A stretch of 48,276 bases of DNA from Pseudomonadota bacterium. Its GTDB lineage: Bacteria > Pseudomonadota > Alphaproteobacteria > Sphingomonadales > Sphingomonadaceae. The translations under genes were made by a program, and so were the position numbers. Below are positions 1 to 9,718 of this stretch, piece by piece; within the stretch, counting starts at the first letter, position 1; each line of letters begins with the position of its first letter. The stretch covers positions 1-48,276 of the forward strand of contig JAZKFK010000004.1 of assembly GCA_040386475.1 (NCBI GenBank), read 5' to 3'. Below the pieces are notes generated by a model that was not told where the DNA came from, ran no database searches, and saw only the letters and a program-made list of their open reading frames with translations.

Positions 1-632
1 CGGGCGGCACCAGAGTCAAGCGCGCGCTGGGCGTGCAGGCAGCGCTGGAATGGGCGTTTCGGGTGGAATGCGCGCAGCTGGAACTGCCGCAACGAAGAGA
101 CGTGAGCGAGGAAAGCTTTGGCTTTGGCCTGGAGTACGTCCTGCAGCAACGCGCAGCACTCGGCTGCAAGATCGATGGCGGTCGGCACAAGATCGGCAGC
201 TACACCAATCCAGATGCGGAGGTGATCGCGGCTACCGTGGCCGGGCTGCCTGACAGTCTGGGCGGAATCCGGATGGCAGTCCGTGTCGCCGAACTGGCGC
301 GGGCCGGGCTGACCCCGGACTGGATGCCCGGGGTCGTGCCGCGCTGTGTGCCGGTCGAGACCAGGCAGAACCAGCATGGTGAGCGGGCGACGACTATCGT
401 GGTCGGCACCGAACGCGTGCTGAGCCGTGGCAAGTGGCGCACGGTCGAGGTGTTGGCCTGCCCGGTCACCTGGCGGCCGCATCCGGAACAGATCGCCTCC
501 GCTCGGCGCGGCTATGAGGATTGGTGGCAGGCGCTCGATTGGGTGCGGAATGGGCTTCTGACAGGACGGATGCTGCGGGAGGTGGAGGTGATGGCAGCGA
601 TGCCGAAGGTGTGGCCTTGGGAAAGGAGGTGA
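1..632 (+). CDS. Prophage-associated conserved hypothetical protein, 5'-truncated by the window edge
   Basis: The frame is open from position 3 (GGTRVKRALGVQAALEWAF). The sequence (ALEWAFRVECAQLELP, ARAGLTPDWMPG, YEDWWQAL) resembles, from recall, the gene just upstream of the packaging region in Rhodobacteraceae prophages. Confidence 0.7.
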   Translation, partial: GGTRVKRALGVQAALEWAFRVECAQLELPQRRDVSEESFGFGLEYVLQQRAALGCKIDGGRHKIGSYTNPDAEVIAATVAGLPDSLGGIRMAVRVAELARAGLTPDWMPGVVPRCVPVETRQNQHGERATTIVVGTERVLSRGKWRTVEVLACPVTWRPHPEQIASARRGYEDWWQALDWVRNGLLTGRMLREVEVMAAMPKVWPWERR

Positions 633-889
633 CATCGACGAAAAGGGCGGTAACCGGCCTGCCGGCGGTGCAGCACGGCACATGCAGCATTGAGCCAGAG
701 CAGCCATTCGGTCGCCACGCAGCATTTTCCGCTTTCTCATCGACGTGGAGCTCGAAGAGCGGTTATTTGGCTTTAGTAGGGTTTCGTCCGTGTCAACCGT
801 GCTGCGGAGGTCACCTGCAAATAGTCGAGACCGGAAGAAACCTCGTGCCGCCAACTCCGTCGCTCCGCGAATGCCTTGCGCTGCAACGA

Positions 890-1816
890 TCATCTGGTCG
901 GCGCGGCTGTCTGATCTGGTACCGTGAAGCTTCCTGCGGCATGAAAGAACATGTCCAGTAGGTCGTTCCTTTCATCGGCCATAGCAAACACTACCTCTTC
1001 GGCGGTGAAACGTAGATCAGAAATCGGGATGCGCCGCACGGCATCGGTGCGGTGGGTTCCATAGCGCCACATGAAGCCAACGCCGATCCCCACGGCGACG
1101 GCCTCATAGACGGCATCGCGGGTGTCGGCGACCAACTGCGGTTGAGGGGCAAGACCAGCGTGCCGGAACGCGCGGTCAATAATCTTTTGCGTCGATGATC
1201 CTTGCGTGCGGTAGATCAGGGGCTCCTGTGTCAGTCTGGCAAGGGTGACGTTCGCGAGATCAACCAGGCGGCTTTGGGCACCCACGATCGCCACGACCTC
1301 CTGTTGGACCACTGCCGCCCGGCGGAACCGGGCATCCACAGGAAGATCCGGCAAGACCGCCACGTCAACCTCGCGCCGCACAAGGGCGGCAAGGATATGC
1401 TGGTGCGAACCGGACTGAACCATCACCGACACCCCGGCGTGCTGGGCCAGAAATTGGCCAATGATCGCAATACCCGGCATGGAATTGCCAAGCCCGACCC
1501 GCAAACGCCGCGCGCCACTTGCCGTCCGGCGCCCAAGGATCAGTGCCGCGTCACGTTCGGCCTCCTGCATGCGGTGGCCGATGTCGCACAATTCCAGACA
1601 CAGCGGAGTGGCCTGCAAGATCCCGCCCACCCGGTCAAACAGATGCACCCTATTCGCCTGCTCCACCTCGCGGACCTGCTGCGCCACGGAAGAATGTGAA
1701 ACCCCCAGACTGCGCGCCGCCGCCGAGAATGTGCCGGTTTCGGCAACCGCAGTCAAAGCGCGCAAGCGAGCCAGCGTCAGGGCGCTATTCGCCTCAGGTG
1801 AAGGAGATGCTTTCAT
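890..1816 (-). CDS. LysR-family transcriptional regulator
   Basis: N-terminal HTH (LRALTAVAETGTFSAAARSLGVSHSSVAQQVREVE) plus LysR substrate domain, 308 aa, divergent from the HAD/ABC operon. Confidence 0.95.
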   Translation of the reverse strand: MKASPSPEANSALTLARLRALTAVAETGTFSAAARSLGVSHSSVAQQVREVEQANRVHLFDRVGGILQATPLCLELCDIGHRMQEAERDAALILGRRTASGARRLRVGLGNSMPGIAIIGQFLAQHAGVSVMVQSGSHQHILAALVRREVDVAVLPDLPVDARFRRAAVVQQEVVAIVGAQSRLVDLANVTLARLTQEPLIYRTQGSSTQKIIDRAFRHAGLAPQPQLVADTRDAVYEAVAVGIGVGFMWRYGTHRTDAVRRIPISDLRFTAEEVVFAMADERNDLLDMFFHAAGSFTVPDQTAAPTR

Positions 1817-1857
1817 AGGATCAAGGTATACCCCCCATCTGTAACATGAGGGTTACA
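1815..1857. promoter_or_regulatory. Putative LysR box and TGTAAC-N6-GTTACA palindrome in the divergent promoter
   Basis: ATAGGATCAAGGTAT (1815-1829) fits T-N11-A. TGTAAC (1840-45) and GTTACA (1852-57) form a perfect inverted repeat. Confidence 0.45.
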
Positions 1858-1952
1858 CCCCGCGCACATAAATTCCGGCACCGACGGGCACCTTCGCCCG
1901 GCATTGCCCGCCAGCAAACGAATCGCGCTGGTGGCGCACTCTGGAGGCAAAA

Positions 1953-2717
1953 ATGACGCGCGCCGTTGCACTCTTGGATTTTCTCGCCGAAAGCGGGACA
2001 CAAAGGGCCGCCGTCATGGCCGATCTGGATGGGTGCCTGATTGCCGGGGGCCAGTTGTTGCCCCATGCAATCGATCTTTTCACCCAGTGTGGCGACCGGC
2101 TCTGGATCGTGTCCAATAATTCCAGCGATACGGCAGTCACGCTTTCGTCCCGTTTGGCGCGGATGGGCTTGCCGCTGCGTGCCTCGCAAATCTTGCTGGC
2201 CGGCGAGGAAACCATTCGCCGCATGGCGCAGGATCGACCGGGCCAGCGGATCGCGGTTCATGCCGCCGAGCCGCTCTGCGCGCTGGCCCGCCAGCTTGGT
2301 CTGATCACCGATCATACCGCTCCCGATGCAGCCGTCCTTGCGCGAGACCCCGGCTTTTCGTTCGCCAGCCTGACGCGGTTGACCGCGCAGGTTGCACGGG
2401 GTCTGCCGCTGGTCGCCACCAATCCCGATCTGAACCACCCCGACGCCGAAGGCCATCCGGTCCCTGAGACTGGCGCGCTTCTGGCCGCGCTAACAGCGGC
2501 GGTTCCCGGTCTGGCCATCCCGACAATCGGCAAACCCCACCCGGACCTGCTGCAGTTGGCGCTGGCGCGGGCTGGGGTTGCCGCAGGTGATGCTATCTTT
2601 ATCGGCGACACCCCTGAAACCGACGGCGTTGCCGCCCGTGCAGCCGGGGTTGAGTTCGTGCTGCTGCGCCGACCTGGCTCTCTGCCCGCCAAAGCCTTAG
2701 AGGCACAGCCATGCTAG
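1953..2717 (+). CDS. HAD-superfamily subfamily IIA hydrolase (NagD-like phosphatase)
   Basis: Motifs DLDG, SNNS, ATNPD, GKP and IGDTPETD; GGAGG RBS upstream. Confidence 0.9.
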   Translation: MTRAVALLDFLAESGTQRAAVMADLDGCLIAGGQLLPHAIDLFTQCGDRLWIVSNNSSDTAVTLSSRLARMGLPLRASQILLAGEETIRRMAQDRPGQRIAVHAAEPLCALARQLGLITDHTAPDAAVLARDPGFSFASLTRLTAQVARGLPLVATNPDLNHPDAEGHPVPETGALLAALTAAVPGLAIPTIGKPHPDLLQLALARAGVAAGDAIFIGDTPETDGVAARAAGVEFVLLRRPGSLPAKALEAQPC

Positions 2718-3640
2718 GCAACGCATTGCGCATTCTGCTGCGGATGGTGCTGACGTTTTTTGTGATCGTCACGCTAGTATTCTTTGCCACCCGGCTTAGC
2801 GGCAGCCCGCTGGATTTCGTCATCGGCGAGGGGATGTCGGTCGAGGATCGCGCCATCATGATCCGCTATTACGAGCTGGATCGCCCGATCTGGGACCAGT
2901 ATCTTGCCTTCCTTGGTGCCTTTTTGGACGGGCAGTTCGGCCTGTCGTTCATCGAGCGCCGCCCAGTGGCGGAAATGGTGGCTGAACGGCTGTGGCCTTC
3001 AGCGCAATTGCTGATCTCGGCGACGTTTGCGACACTTCTGGTCGCGATTCCCTTGGGCATCGTCGCTGCGGTCTGGCGAAAAAGCTGGGTTGGCAGCGCG
3101 GTAATGGCGCTTGCCTTTCTGGGTTATGCGGTGCCGAACTTCGTGCTGGCCGTGTTTCTGGTATTGTTCTTTGCGTTCTGGCTCAACTGGTTGCCCGTTG
3201 TCGGCAACGGCACGCCTGCGCATTTCATCATGCCGACCCTGACGCTGGCAGCGGCGATGATCGCCGCGATCATGCGGTTCACCCGTAATGCAATGCTGGA
3301 TGTGCTGGGGCAGGATTACATGCGCACGGCGCGCGCCAAGGGTCTGCCGGAAAGCGCCGTTATCCTGAAACACGGGCTGCGCAATGCGGGCATCACCATC
3401 CTGTCTGTGGTGGGATTGCAGGTTGCTGCGCTTGCTGCATCCGGGTCGGTGGTGGTGGAATCGATATTTGCCTGGCCGGGCATCGGCGATCTGTTGGTCA
3501 CTTCGGCGATCCGCAGGGACTACCCAGTGTTGCAGTTTGCGGTGCTGACCGTGGCGCTGGCGGTGATCGTGATCAATGCGGTGGTTGATCTGGCCTATGC
3601 CTGGGCGGACCCCCGGCTGCGCCACAGCGGCGGGAGATAG
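2711..3640 (+). CDS. ABC transporter permease, DppB/OppB type
   Basis: Hydrophobic helices; motifs DYMRTARAKGL, KHGLRNA, VESIFAWPGIG, RDYP. Confidence 0.95.
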   Translation: MLGNALRILLRMVLTFFVIVTLVFFATRLSGSPLDFVIGEGMSVEDRAIMIRYYELDRPIWDQYLAFLGAFLDGQFGLSFIERRPVAEMVAERLWPSAQLLISATFATLLVAIPLGIVAAVWRKSWVGSAVMALAFLGYAVPNFVLAVFLVLFFAFWLNWLPVVGNGTPAHFIMPTLTLAAAMIAAIMRFTRNAMLDVLGQDYMRTARAKGLPESAVILKHGLRNAGITILSVVGLQVAALAASGSVVVESIFAWPGIGDLLVTSAIRRDYPVLQFAVLTVALAVIVINAVVDLAYAWADPRLRHSGGR

Positions 3641-3644
3641 CAGC

Positions 3645-4523
3645 ATGACAACCGTTCCGACACTGGCACCGACCTGGTTGCACGGCCTATGGTCCGAAGC
3701 CCACTGGGTGCAAAAGACAGCCCTTATCCTCGGTCTGGCGCTGGCCGTCGCCGCCGTCCTTGCACCCGCGATTGCCCCTTTCGAGCCCAATGCCCAAAGC
3801 CTGATCTCGCGGCTGCGCCCACCACTTGGCTTTGACCGCTCAAGCCCGGGGCATTTGCTGGGCACGGATGAGTTGGGCCGAGACTTGCTGGCGCGCTGCC
3901 TTTACGGGTTGCGCCTGACTCTGACACTGGCGGTTCTGGGGGCAACTTTGGGGCTGGTAATCGGTGGCGTCATGGGTGTGCTGGCCGGAGTTGCCGGCGG
4001 GCGCACCGATGCGGTGATCACGGCGGCCGTCGATACACAGATTGCGGTGCCGTTCACGCTGGTTGCGCTGTTCATGCTGTCGGTCTTTGGCACCTCGATG
4101 ATGGTGATGGTGCTGGTGCTGGGCTTCGCCGGGTGGGAGCAATACGCCCGCATCCTGCGCGGCGAGGTCAAACGGCTGATGCAGTTGCCGTTCATCGAGG
4201 CCGCCCGCGCTGCCGGAGCCTCGCCCTGGCGGATCGCGCGGGTGCATGTGCTGCCCAATGTCGTCTCGCCGGTGGTGGTGCAATTCACGCTAAGCCTGTC
4301 GAACATCATCCTGCTGGAAAGCACACTGTCTTTTCTGGGCCTTGGGGTGCAACCGCCAACCGCCACGCTCGGCGCCATGGTGGGGGTGGGCCGTGACTAC
4401 ATGCCCACCGCCCCGTGGATCGTGCTTGCCCCGGCCCTTCTGATCCTCGCGGTCACCTTTTCGGTCCAGATCCTTGGCGACTGGCTGCGTGACCGCGCCG
4501 ACGTGCGGCTGCGGGTCCGCTGA
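3645..4523 (+). CDS. ABC transporter permease, DppC/OppC type
   Basis: Motifs HLLGTDELGRD, FIEAARAAGA, HVLPN, LSFLGLG. Start placed at ATG 3645 after GGGAG. Confidence 0.93.
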   Translation: MTTVPTLAPTWLHGLWSEAHWVQKTALILGLALAVAAVLAPAIAPFEPNAQSLISRLRPPLGFDRSSPGHLLGTDELGRDLLARCLYGLRLTLTLAVLGATLGLVIGGVMGVLAGVAGGRTDAVITAAVDTQIAVPFTLVALFMLSVFGTSMMVMVLVLGFAGWEQYARILRGEVKRLMQLPFIEAARAAGASPWRIARVHVLPNVVSPVVVQFTLSLSNIILLESTLSFLGLGVQPPTATLGAMVGVGRDYMPTAPWIVLAPALLILAVTFSVQILGDWLRDRADVRLRVR

Positions 4524-4601
4524 CCCGCCCGCCTGAACACACCCGGACTGGCCTGCCAAGGCCCGCCCGACCCGCAAATGCCAACCAACGGAGAAACCCG
4601 A

Positions 4602-6158
4602 ATGAAACGCCTTCTTCTAGCATCAGCCCTGATCGCCGCCCTGCCGGGTGCAGTGTTCGCAGCCGAGATCACAGTCGCCGCCGCGAACGTGGCCCCCTAT
4701 TTGGATCCGGGCCGCGACCATTCCAATGTCGGATCGCAGTTCTATTACAATACCTTCGATCCGTTGCTGCACAAGGATTACACCAAGGCCGACATGCAGG
4801 CCCAACCCGGCCTTGCGACGGAATGGAAACTGGTCGAGCCGACAGTGATGGAACTGAAACTGCGCGAGAGTGTGGTGTTCCAGAACGGCGAAGCGATGAC
4901 CGCCGATGACGTGGTGTTTTCGCTGAACCGCATGTTTCAGGCCACCTTCCCGCCCTATCAGGTGCGGATGCGCGACCGTCTAGCCAACTTTGATCGCGCC
5001 GAGAAGATCGACGATCTGACCGTGCGGGTGCATGTGAAGCGCGAAGAGCCGCTGTTTGAGACGCTGCTGAACCTGCAACAGACCTTCATCGTCCCGGAAG
5101 ACTATATCAAGGGTCTGACCGGTGATCCGAAGGTGGCCGATGACGCCGATTACGAGGCGTTCTCTCTGGCCCCCGTTGGCACCGGCCCCTATGCGATCAC
5201 CGAATTCGTGCCCGGCGAAAAGATCGTTTACGAACGGTTCGACGGCTTTTGGGGCGAAAAAGCACCTCTGGACCGCGCCACCGTGCTGCATGTAGGCGAA
5301 GTCGCCTCGCGCCTGACCGCGCTGCGCACTGGTGAAGCGCAGATCGCCACCAACATCGCCCCCGACCAGTTGGCGATGATCGAAGGCGATGCCACGCTGA
5401 AGGTCGAAGGCGCCGTGACGCCGCTGTTCCACGTCATGATAATGAACATGAACCACCCCAAGCTGAAGGATGCCCGCATCCGTCAGGCGCTTTCGCTGGC
5501 CATTGACCGTGATCTGCTGAATGAGGCGCTTTGGCTGGGTAAGGCTGTCGTCCCCGCCTCGCATACGATGGAGGAGTTCGGCCCGCTGTACATGCCCGAA
5601 CTGAAAACCTTTGAATACAACCCCGAAAAGGCCAAGGCGCTGCTGGCGGAGGCGGGCTATGACGGCTTTGAAGTGACCTTTGACACCCAAGGCAGCTATT
5701 ACACCAATGGTCTGCTGGCGGCGCAGGCGATCGTCGAGATGTGGGCGGCTGTTGGCGTGAAAGCCTCAATCCGTGATCTTCCGAAATGGTCGGGCAACGA
5801 TCCGGAAATGATGACGCGGAACTGGTCGAACCCAATGTATTTCTCGGACCCCTTTGGTTCGTTCGGGGTGATGTGGGCACCGAATGGCCCGTCCGAGGCC
5901 GAGGGCCGCTTCACCACCGATGCGGAATATGCGGAAATCTGGGATCGCTTCCGCTTCTCCAAGGAGATCGAGGCGCGGCGCACCGCCTATGCCGAACTGA
6001 TGGATCGCATCGCCGCTAATCCGCCGGTTCTGCCGCTGTACCGTCCATACGAAAGCTGGGCGATGACTCAGAGCGTAACGTGGGCGCCCAAGGCGGGGCA
6101 CATCCCTTATGTGCTTGATTTCCGTGCCGGTTCCATCTCGGTCTCGACAACCAATTAA
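4602..6158 (+). CDS. ABC transporter substrate-binding protein, family 5 (peptide/nickel/opine type)
   Basis: Signal peptide MKRLLLASALIAALPGAVFA; motifs PGLATEW, TADDVVFS, PVGTGPY, IRQALSLAIDR; GGAGA RBS. Confidence 0.95.
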   Translation: MKRLLLASALIAALPGAVFAAEITVAAANVAPYLDPGRDHSNVGSQFYYNTFDPLLHKDYTKADMQAQPGLATEWKLVEPTVMELKLRESVVFQNGEAMTADDVVFSLNRMFQATFPPYQVRMRDRLANFDRAEKIDDLTVRVHVKREEPLFETLLNLQQTFIVPEDYIKGLTGDPKVADDADYEAFSLAPVGTGPYAITEFVPGEKIVYERFDGFWGEKAPLDRATVLHVGEVASRLTALRTGEAQIATNIAPDQLAMIEGDATLKVEGAVTPLFHVMIMNMNHPKLKDARIRQALSLAIDRDLLNEALWLGKAVVPASHTMEEFGPLYMPELKTFEYNPEKAKALLAEAGYDGFEVTFDTQGSYYTNGLLAAQAIVEMWAAVGVKASIRDLPKWSGNDPEMMTRNWSNPMYFSDPFGSFGVMWAPNGPSEAEGRFTTDAEYAEIWDRFRFSKEIEARRTAYAELMDRIAANPPVLPLYRPYESWAMTQSVTWAPKAGHIPYVLDFRAGSISVSTTN

Positions 6159-6165
6159 CGCTTTC

Positions 6166-6192
6166 GGCCCGCCGCCTTTCGGGTGGCGGGCC
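6166..6192 (+). terminator. Stem-loop after the binding-protein gene (partial terminator or mRNA stabiliser)
   Basis: GGCCCGCCGCC-TTTCG-GGTGGCGGGCC followed by AGTTTT. Confidence 0.65.
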
Positions 6193-6214
6193 AGTTTTCC
6201 CAAAGGACCAAACC

Positions 6215-7111
6215 ATGACCCTTCGCATTGCCATCGTCACCGACATCCACCACGGTAAACCGTCTACCGCCAAGCGAGGCGACGCCGCCCTTGGCCTGAT
6301 GGAGGACTTCGCCCGCTATGTAAAAGACAGCGGCGCCACCCATGTGCTGGATATGGGCGACCGGATTTCCGATGAGAACCGCGACACCGATCTAGTGCTG
6401 GCCGCCGAGGTTGCCGAGGCGTTTCGCGCTGTGCCTGCGCCGGTCTGGCACCTGAACGGCAATCACGACCGCGACCACATGACCGTGGCCGACAACGAGG
6501 CCCTGCTGGGACAGTCGCTTGACCATGCCGTGCATGACATCGACGGTTGGCGCATTGTCTTGTGGCGGGCCGACAGCCGCATCCGTCGCGGCGACGAGGG
6601 CACCGGTTTCGTGCTGACCGAGGCTGATCTGGTCTGGCTGTCGCGCACCATGCAGGCCACCGACCGCCCCACGCTGGTGGTCAGCCATGTGCCGATCTCG
6701 GGCCACGCGCAAACCGGGAACTATTATTTCCAGAACAACCCCGGCTCCTCGACCTACCCGATGGCCGACCGCGCCCGCTTAGCCCTTGCCTTGGCCCGCG
6801 TGCCGGTGGTGTGCCTTGCGGGGCATGTGCACTGGAACACCGTCACAACCGTGAACGGCATCACCCACCTGACGCAGCAGTCGCTGACCGAAAGCTTTAC
6901 CACCGCAGGCGAACCCGCGGGTGCAATGGGCCTAATCGAGCTGTCGGACACCGTCCTGTGGGATGTGGTGGGGGCCGATCCGTTCCGCTTTGGCTATCGC
7001 CCTACGGCGCAACGCTGGACGCCGCCGATGCCGGATTTCGCGACCCACCCGGAATTGCGCAACCGTCATGCTCCTGTCGCCATGGCCCCCGTCAAACTGC
7101 ACAAGGCCTGA
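6215..7111 (+). CDS. Calcineurin-like metallophosphoesterase
   Basis: All five motifs present: DIH, GD, GNHD, H(VP), GHVH. Confidence 0.9.
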   Translation: MTLRIAIVTDIHHGKPSTAKRGDAALGLMEDFARYVKDSGATHVLDMGDRISDENRDTDLVLAAEVAEAFRAVPAPVWHLNGNHDRDHMTVADNEALLGQSLDHAVHDIDGWRIVLWRADSRIRRGDEGTGFVLTEADLVWLSRTMQATDRPTLVVSHVPISGHAQTGNYYFQNNPGSSTYPMADRARLALALARVPVVCLAGHVHWNTVTTVNGITHLTQQSLTESFTTAGEPAGAMGLIELSDTVLWDVVGADPFRFGYRPTAQRWTPPMPDFATHPELRNRHAPVAMAPVKLHKA

Positions 7112-7114
7112 GCC

Positions 7115-8989
7115 ATGACCCCAGCTCCCCTGCTTGCGATAGAAGACCTGTCTTTGACCTTCGGGTCGCACCGCGCGGTGAAACATCTGAGCTTCGGCAT
7201 CGCACGCAGGGAAACCGTCGCCCTTGTCGGCGAAAGCGGATCTGGGAAATCAGCAACCGCGCTGGCGATCATGCGGTTGATTGAACGTGAAGGCGGCGCT
7301 ATTGCCGGTGGGCGGATCGTGTTGAATGGCACCCTGCCGTTGGATCTGGCGGCGCTGACCGACCGGCAGATGCGGCAGGTCCGCGGCAACCGCGTTGCGA
7401 TGATCTTTCAGGAACCGATGACCGCGCTGAACCCGGTGCTGACGCTGGGCGATCAGGTGACAGAGGTGTTCCGCCTGCATCAGGGTATGGACCGCCACGC
7501 TGCACGCGCCGCGGCGCTAGCAGCGTTTGAGCGGGTGCGGATTCCCGATGCCGCCCGCAGGTTGAACCAGTTTTCTCATGAATTGTCGGGCGGACTGCGG
7601 CAAAGGGTGATGATTGCGGCCGCGCTGGCATGCCGCCCCGACCTGCTGATCGCCGACGAACCCACGACCGCGCTGGACGTGACCACGCAGGCCGAAATTC
7701 TGGCGCTGATACGCGAGTTGCAGGCAGAAACCGACATGAGCGTGCTGTTCATCACGCATGACATGGGCGTAGTTGCACAACTGGCCGACCGGGTCGTCGT
7801 ACTGGCGCGCGGCGAAAAGCAAGAGGAAGGCCCGGTGGGCGATGTCTTTGCGCGCCCCCAAGCCGCCTACACTCGCACCTTGATGGCGGCGACGCCCAAG
7901 TTGGGCAGTGGCGCACCTGCTGCTGTGACACCCTCGCCCCCCGTTTTGGCGGTGGAAAACCTGTCGGTGCGCTATGCTGTCCGCCAGGGCGTTTTGCAAA
8001 CCGCGCGGGCTGCGTTTCATGCCGTGACGGGGGTTTCATTGACCATCGGGCGGGGCGAGACGCTGGGTCTTGTGGGGGAATCCGGTTGCGGCAAATCCAC
8101 GCTGGCCCGCGCAATCTTGCGGCTGGTCGAGCCTGCCGAGGGCCGGGTAAGCTTGGTCGGGCACGAACTGACCGGCCTGCCGCAAAGCAGCCTACGCCCC
8201 TTGCGACGCCATGCGCAGATTGTGGCGCAAGACCCTTTCGCCAGCCTGAACCCACGCTTGCCGGTGCATCAGCTGATCACCGAACCTGCGCTGATCCATG
8301 GTCAGATCACGCAAGACAAAACCCGCGCGTTTGCCTTGGAACTGCTGGCCAAGGTCGAGTTAGGCGCGGATGCACTGGATCGCTATCCGCATCAGTTTTC
8401 GGGCGGGCAAAGGCAGCGGCTGTCGATTGCGCGGGCGCTGTCGGCCCGCCCTGCGCTGATCATTGCGGATGAGGCGGTGTCAGCGCTGGACGTATCGGTT
8501 GCGCGGCAGATCACCGATCTGATGGCGCGCTTGCAGGCCGAAGAAGCGGTGTCTTTCCTGTTCATCAGCCATGACATCGCGGTGGTGGAACGCGTAAGTC
8601 ACCGCATTGCGGTGATGTTTGGCGGCCAGATCGTTGAAACCGGCCCGACTGACCAGGTACTGTCCAACCCGGCGCACGCCTATACCCGGCATCTATTGTC
8701 TGCGGTTCCAATACCGGACCCGGCCAAACGGGATCGTTCCGTGCCCCTGACAAAAACACAGATCGCCCGCCCGACCCTCTTGTTACTAAAGGGACAGCAG
8801 CCTCAACGGCTCGTCATGGCCGAAATCACGTCAGGGCATTTTTGTGCCGTGCAGAGCGAAACCCACGTCACCTTTGCAAGGGCCCTTTCGGAATCGGGAA
8901 CTAGACGTCCGGCAGAGTCAGATCACGCTGAAAAGGGGACTGCGCACGACGAGATCAAGGCCCCCAACAGTCTGAGCGAAATCGCCTAG
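7115..8989 (+). CDS. ABC transporter ATP-binding protein, fused double ATPase (DppD-DppF type)
   Basis: Two Walker A motifs ([16 protein letters not shown]), two signatures ([16 protein letters not shown]) and two Walker B motifs. Confidence 0.95.
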   Translation: MTPAPLLAIEDLSLTFGSHRAVKHLSFGIARRETVALVGESGSGKSATALAIMRLIEREGGAIAGGRIVLNGTLPLDLAALTDRQMRQVRGNRVAMIFQEPMTALNPVLTLGDQVTEVFRLHQGMDRHAARAAALAAFERVRIPDAARRLNQFSHELSGGLRQRVMIAAALACRPDLLIADEPTTALDVTTQAEILALIRELQAETDMSVLFITHDMGVVAQLADRVVVLARGEKQEEGPVGDVFARPQAAYTRTLMAATPKLGSGAPAAVTPSPPVLAVENLSVRYAVRQGVLQTARAAFHAVTGVSLTIGRGETLGLVGESGCGKSTLARAILRLVEPAEGRVSLVGHELTGLPQSSLRPLRRHAQIVAQDPFASLNPRLPVHQLITEPALIHGQITQDKTRAFALELLAKVELGADALDRYPHQFSGGQRQRLSIARALSARPALIIADEAVSALDVSVARQITDLMARLQAEEAVSFLFISHDIAVVERVSHRIAVMFGGQIVETGPTDQVLSNPAHAYTRHLLSAVPIPDPAKRDRSVPLTKTQIARPTLLLLKGQQPQRLVMAEITSGHFCAVQSETHVTFARALSESGTRRPAESDHAEKGTAHDEIKAPNSLSEIA

Positions 8990-9249
8990 CAATGGCGAAA
9001 CTCGCCCCCCATGTCGGTCAGCGTCGGCGCGCCACTGCCGTCGTTTGCGACCGAGTGCCAGCGGATGTGGGTACCACGCTAGAATCGGATACTGATTCAG
9101 ATGACGGCTGCACCAGTGTCATAGGTCTGCCACAGTCGGATCCCCCCAAAGACCGCTTTGGTGAAGCTGCACCGCAGCGCTTTGTCAGGAGCGACCGGCC
9201 GCAAAAGGGCCGGGTGCGTCGTTCTGGTGCAGGACCAAGCCCCCCTCCA

Positions 9250-9485
9250 ATGGTTCCTCCCAGGCCCCTAACGTATGCGGGGGGGCGCAGCGCGGCATTC
9301 CGCTAGCGACAGGCAGTTTCACCGGGGAATCCAGGCGGAATCCACTTTGCGGAATCCATCGCAGTAAATTGATTTATTTCAATATCTTACAGAATCACGA
9401 CCGTGGCATGCTGGATTCTTTTGCGGAATCCACCGAATCCACTTGGTGGAATCCATCTGACCAAATCCACCGAGCCAAATCCAGG
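9250..9485 (+). repeat. cos-like phage packaging region with (G/A)AATCCA repeat array around an AT-rich core
   Basis: GGTTCCTCCC..GTATGCGGGGGGGCGCAGCGCG, then GGAATCCA at 9326, 9337, 9351, 9425 and 9448, GAATCCA at 9435, AAATCCA at 9463 and 9477, and inverted TGGATTC at 9412. The repeats are seen directly; the cos function is inferred. Confidence 0.6.
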
Positions 9486-9718
9486 CCACCGGGCGGGATT
9501 GAATGCGCAGCGAGGAGCGTCACAAGCGTCGCTGCGCACCTCGCGGGGCTGTGGTTTGCCCGATCGACCTGCCAGGAAAAATTGCCCATTCCGCGCAGCC
9601 GCGCGGGGTCAATCATCTCTTAAAAGAAGGGCTAGGCGATCGGTTTGGATGGTTCATTCTCAAGATGAGTGTTGCACAGCCGGACCGACCGGTTGGCTGC
9701 TTATCGTGGCACGCGGCG

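Noticed and set aside
9326-9485. GGAATCCA array as CRISPR or as coding repeats (ORFs 9369-9623, 9403-9738)
   Set aside because: Units are 7-8 bp with irregular short gaps, there are no cas genes, and the ORFs lack credible RBS or motifs.
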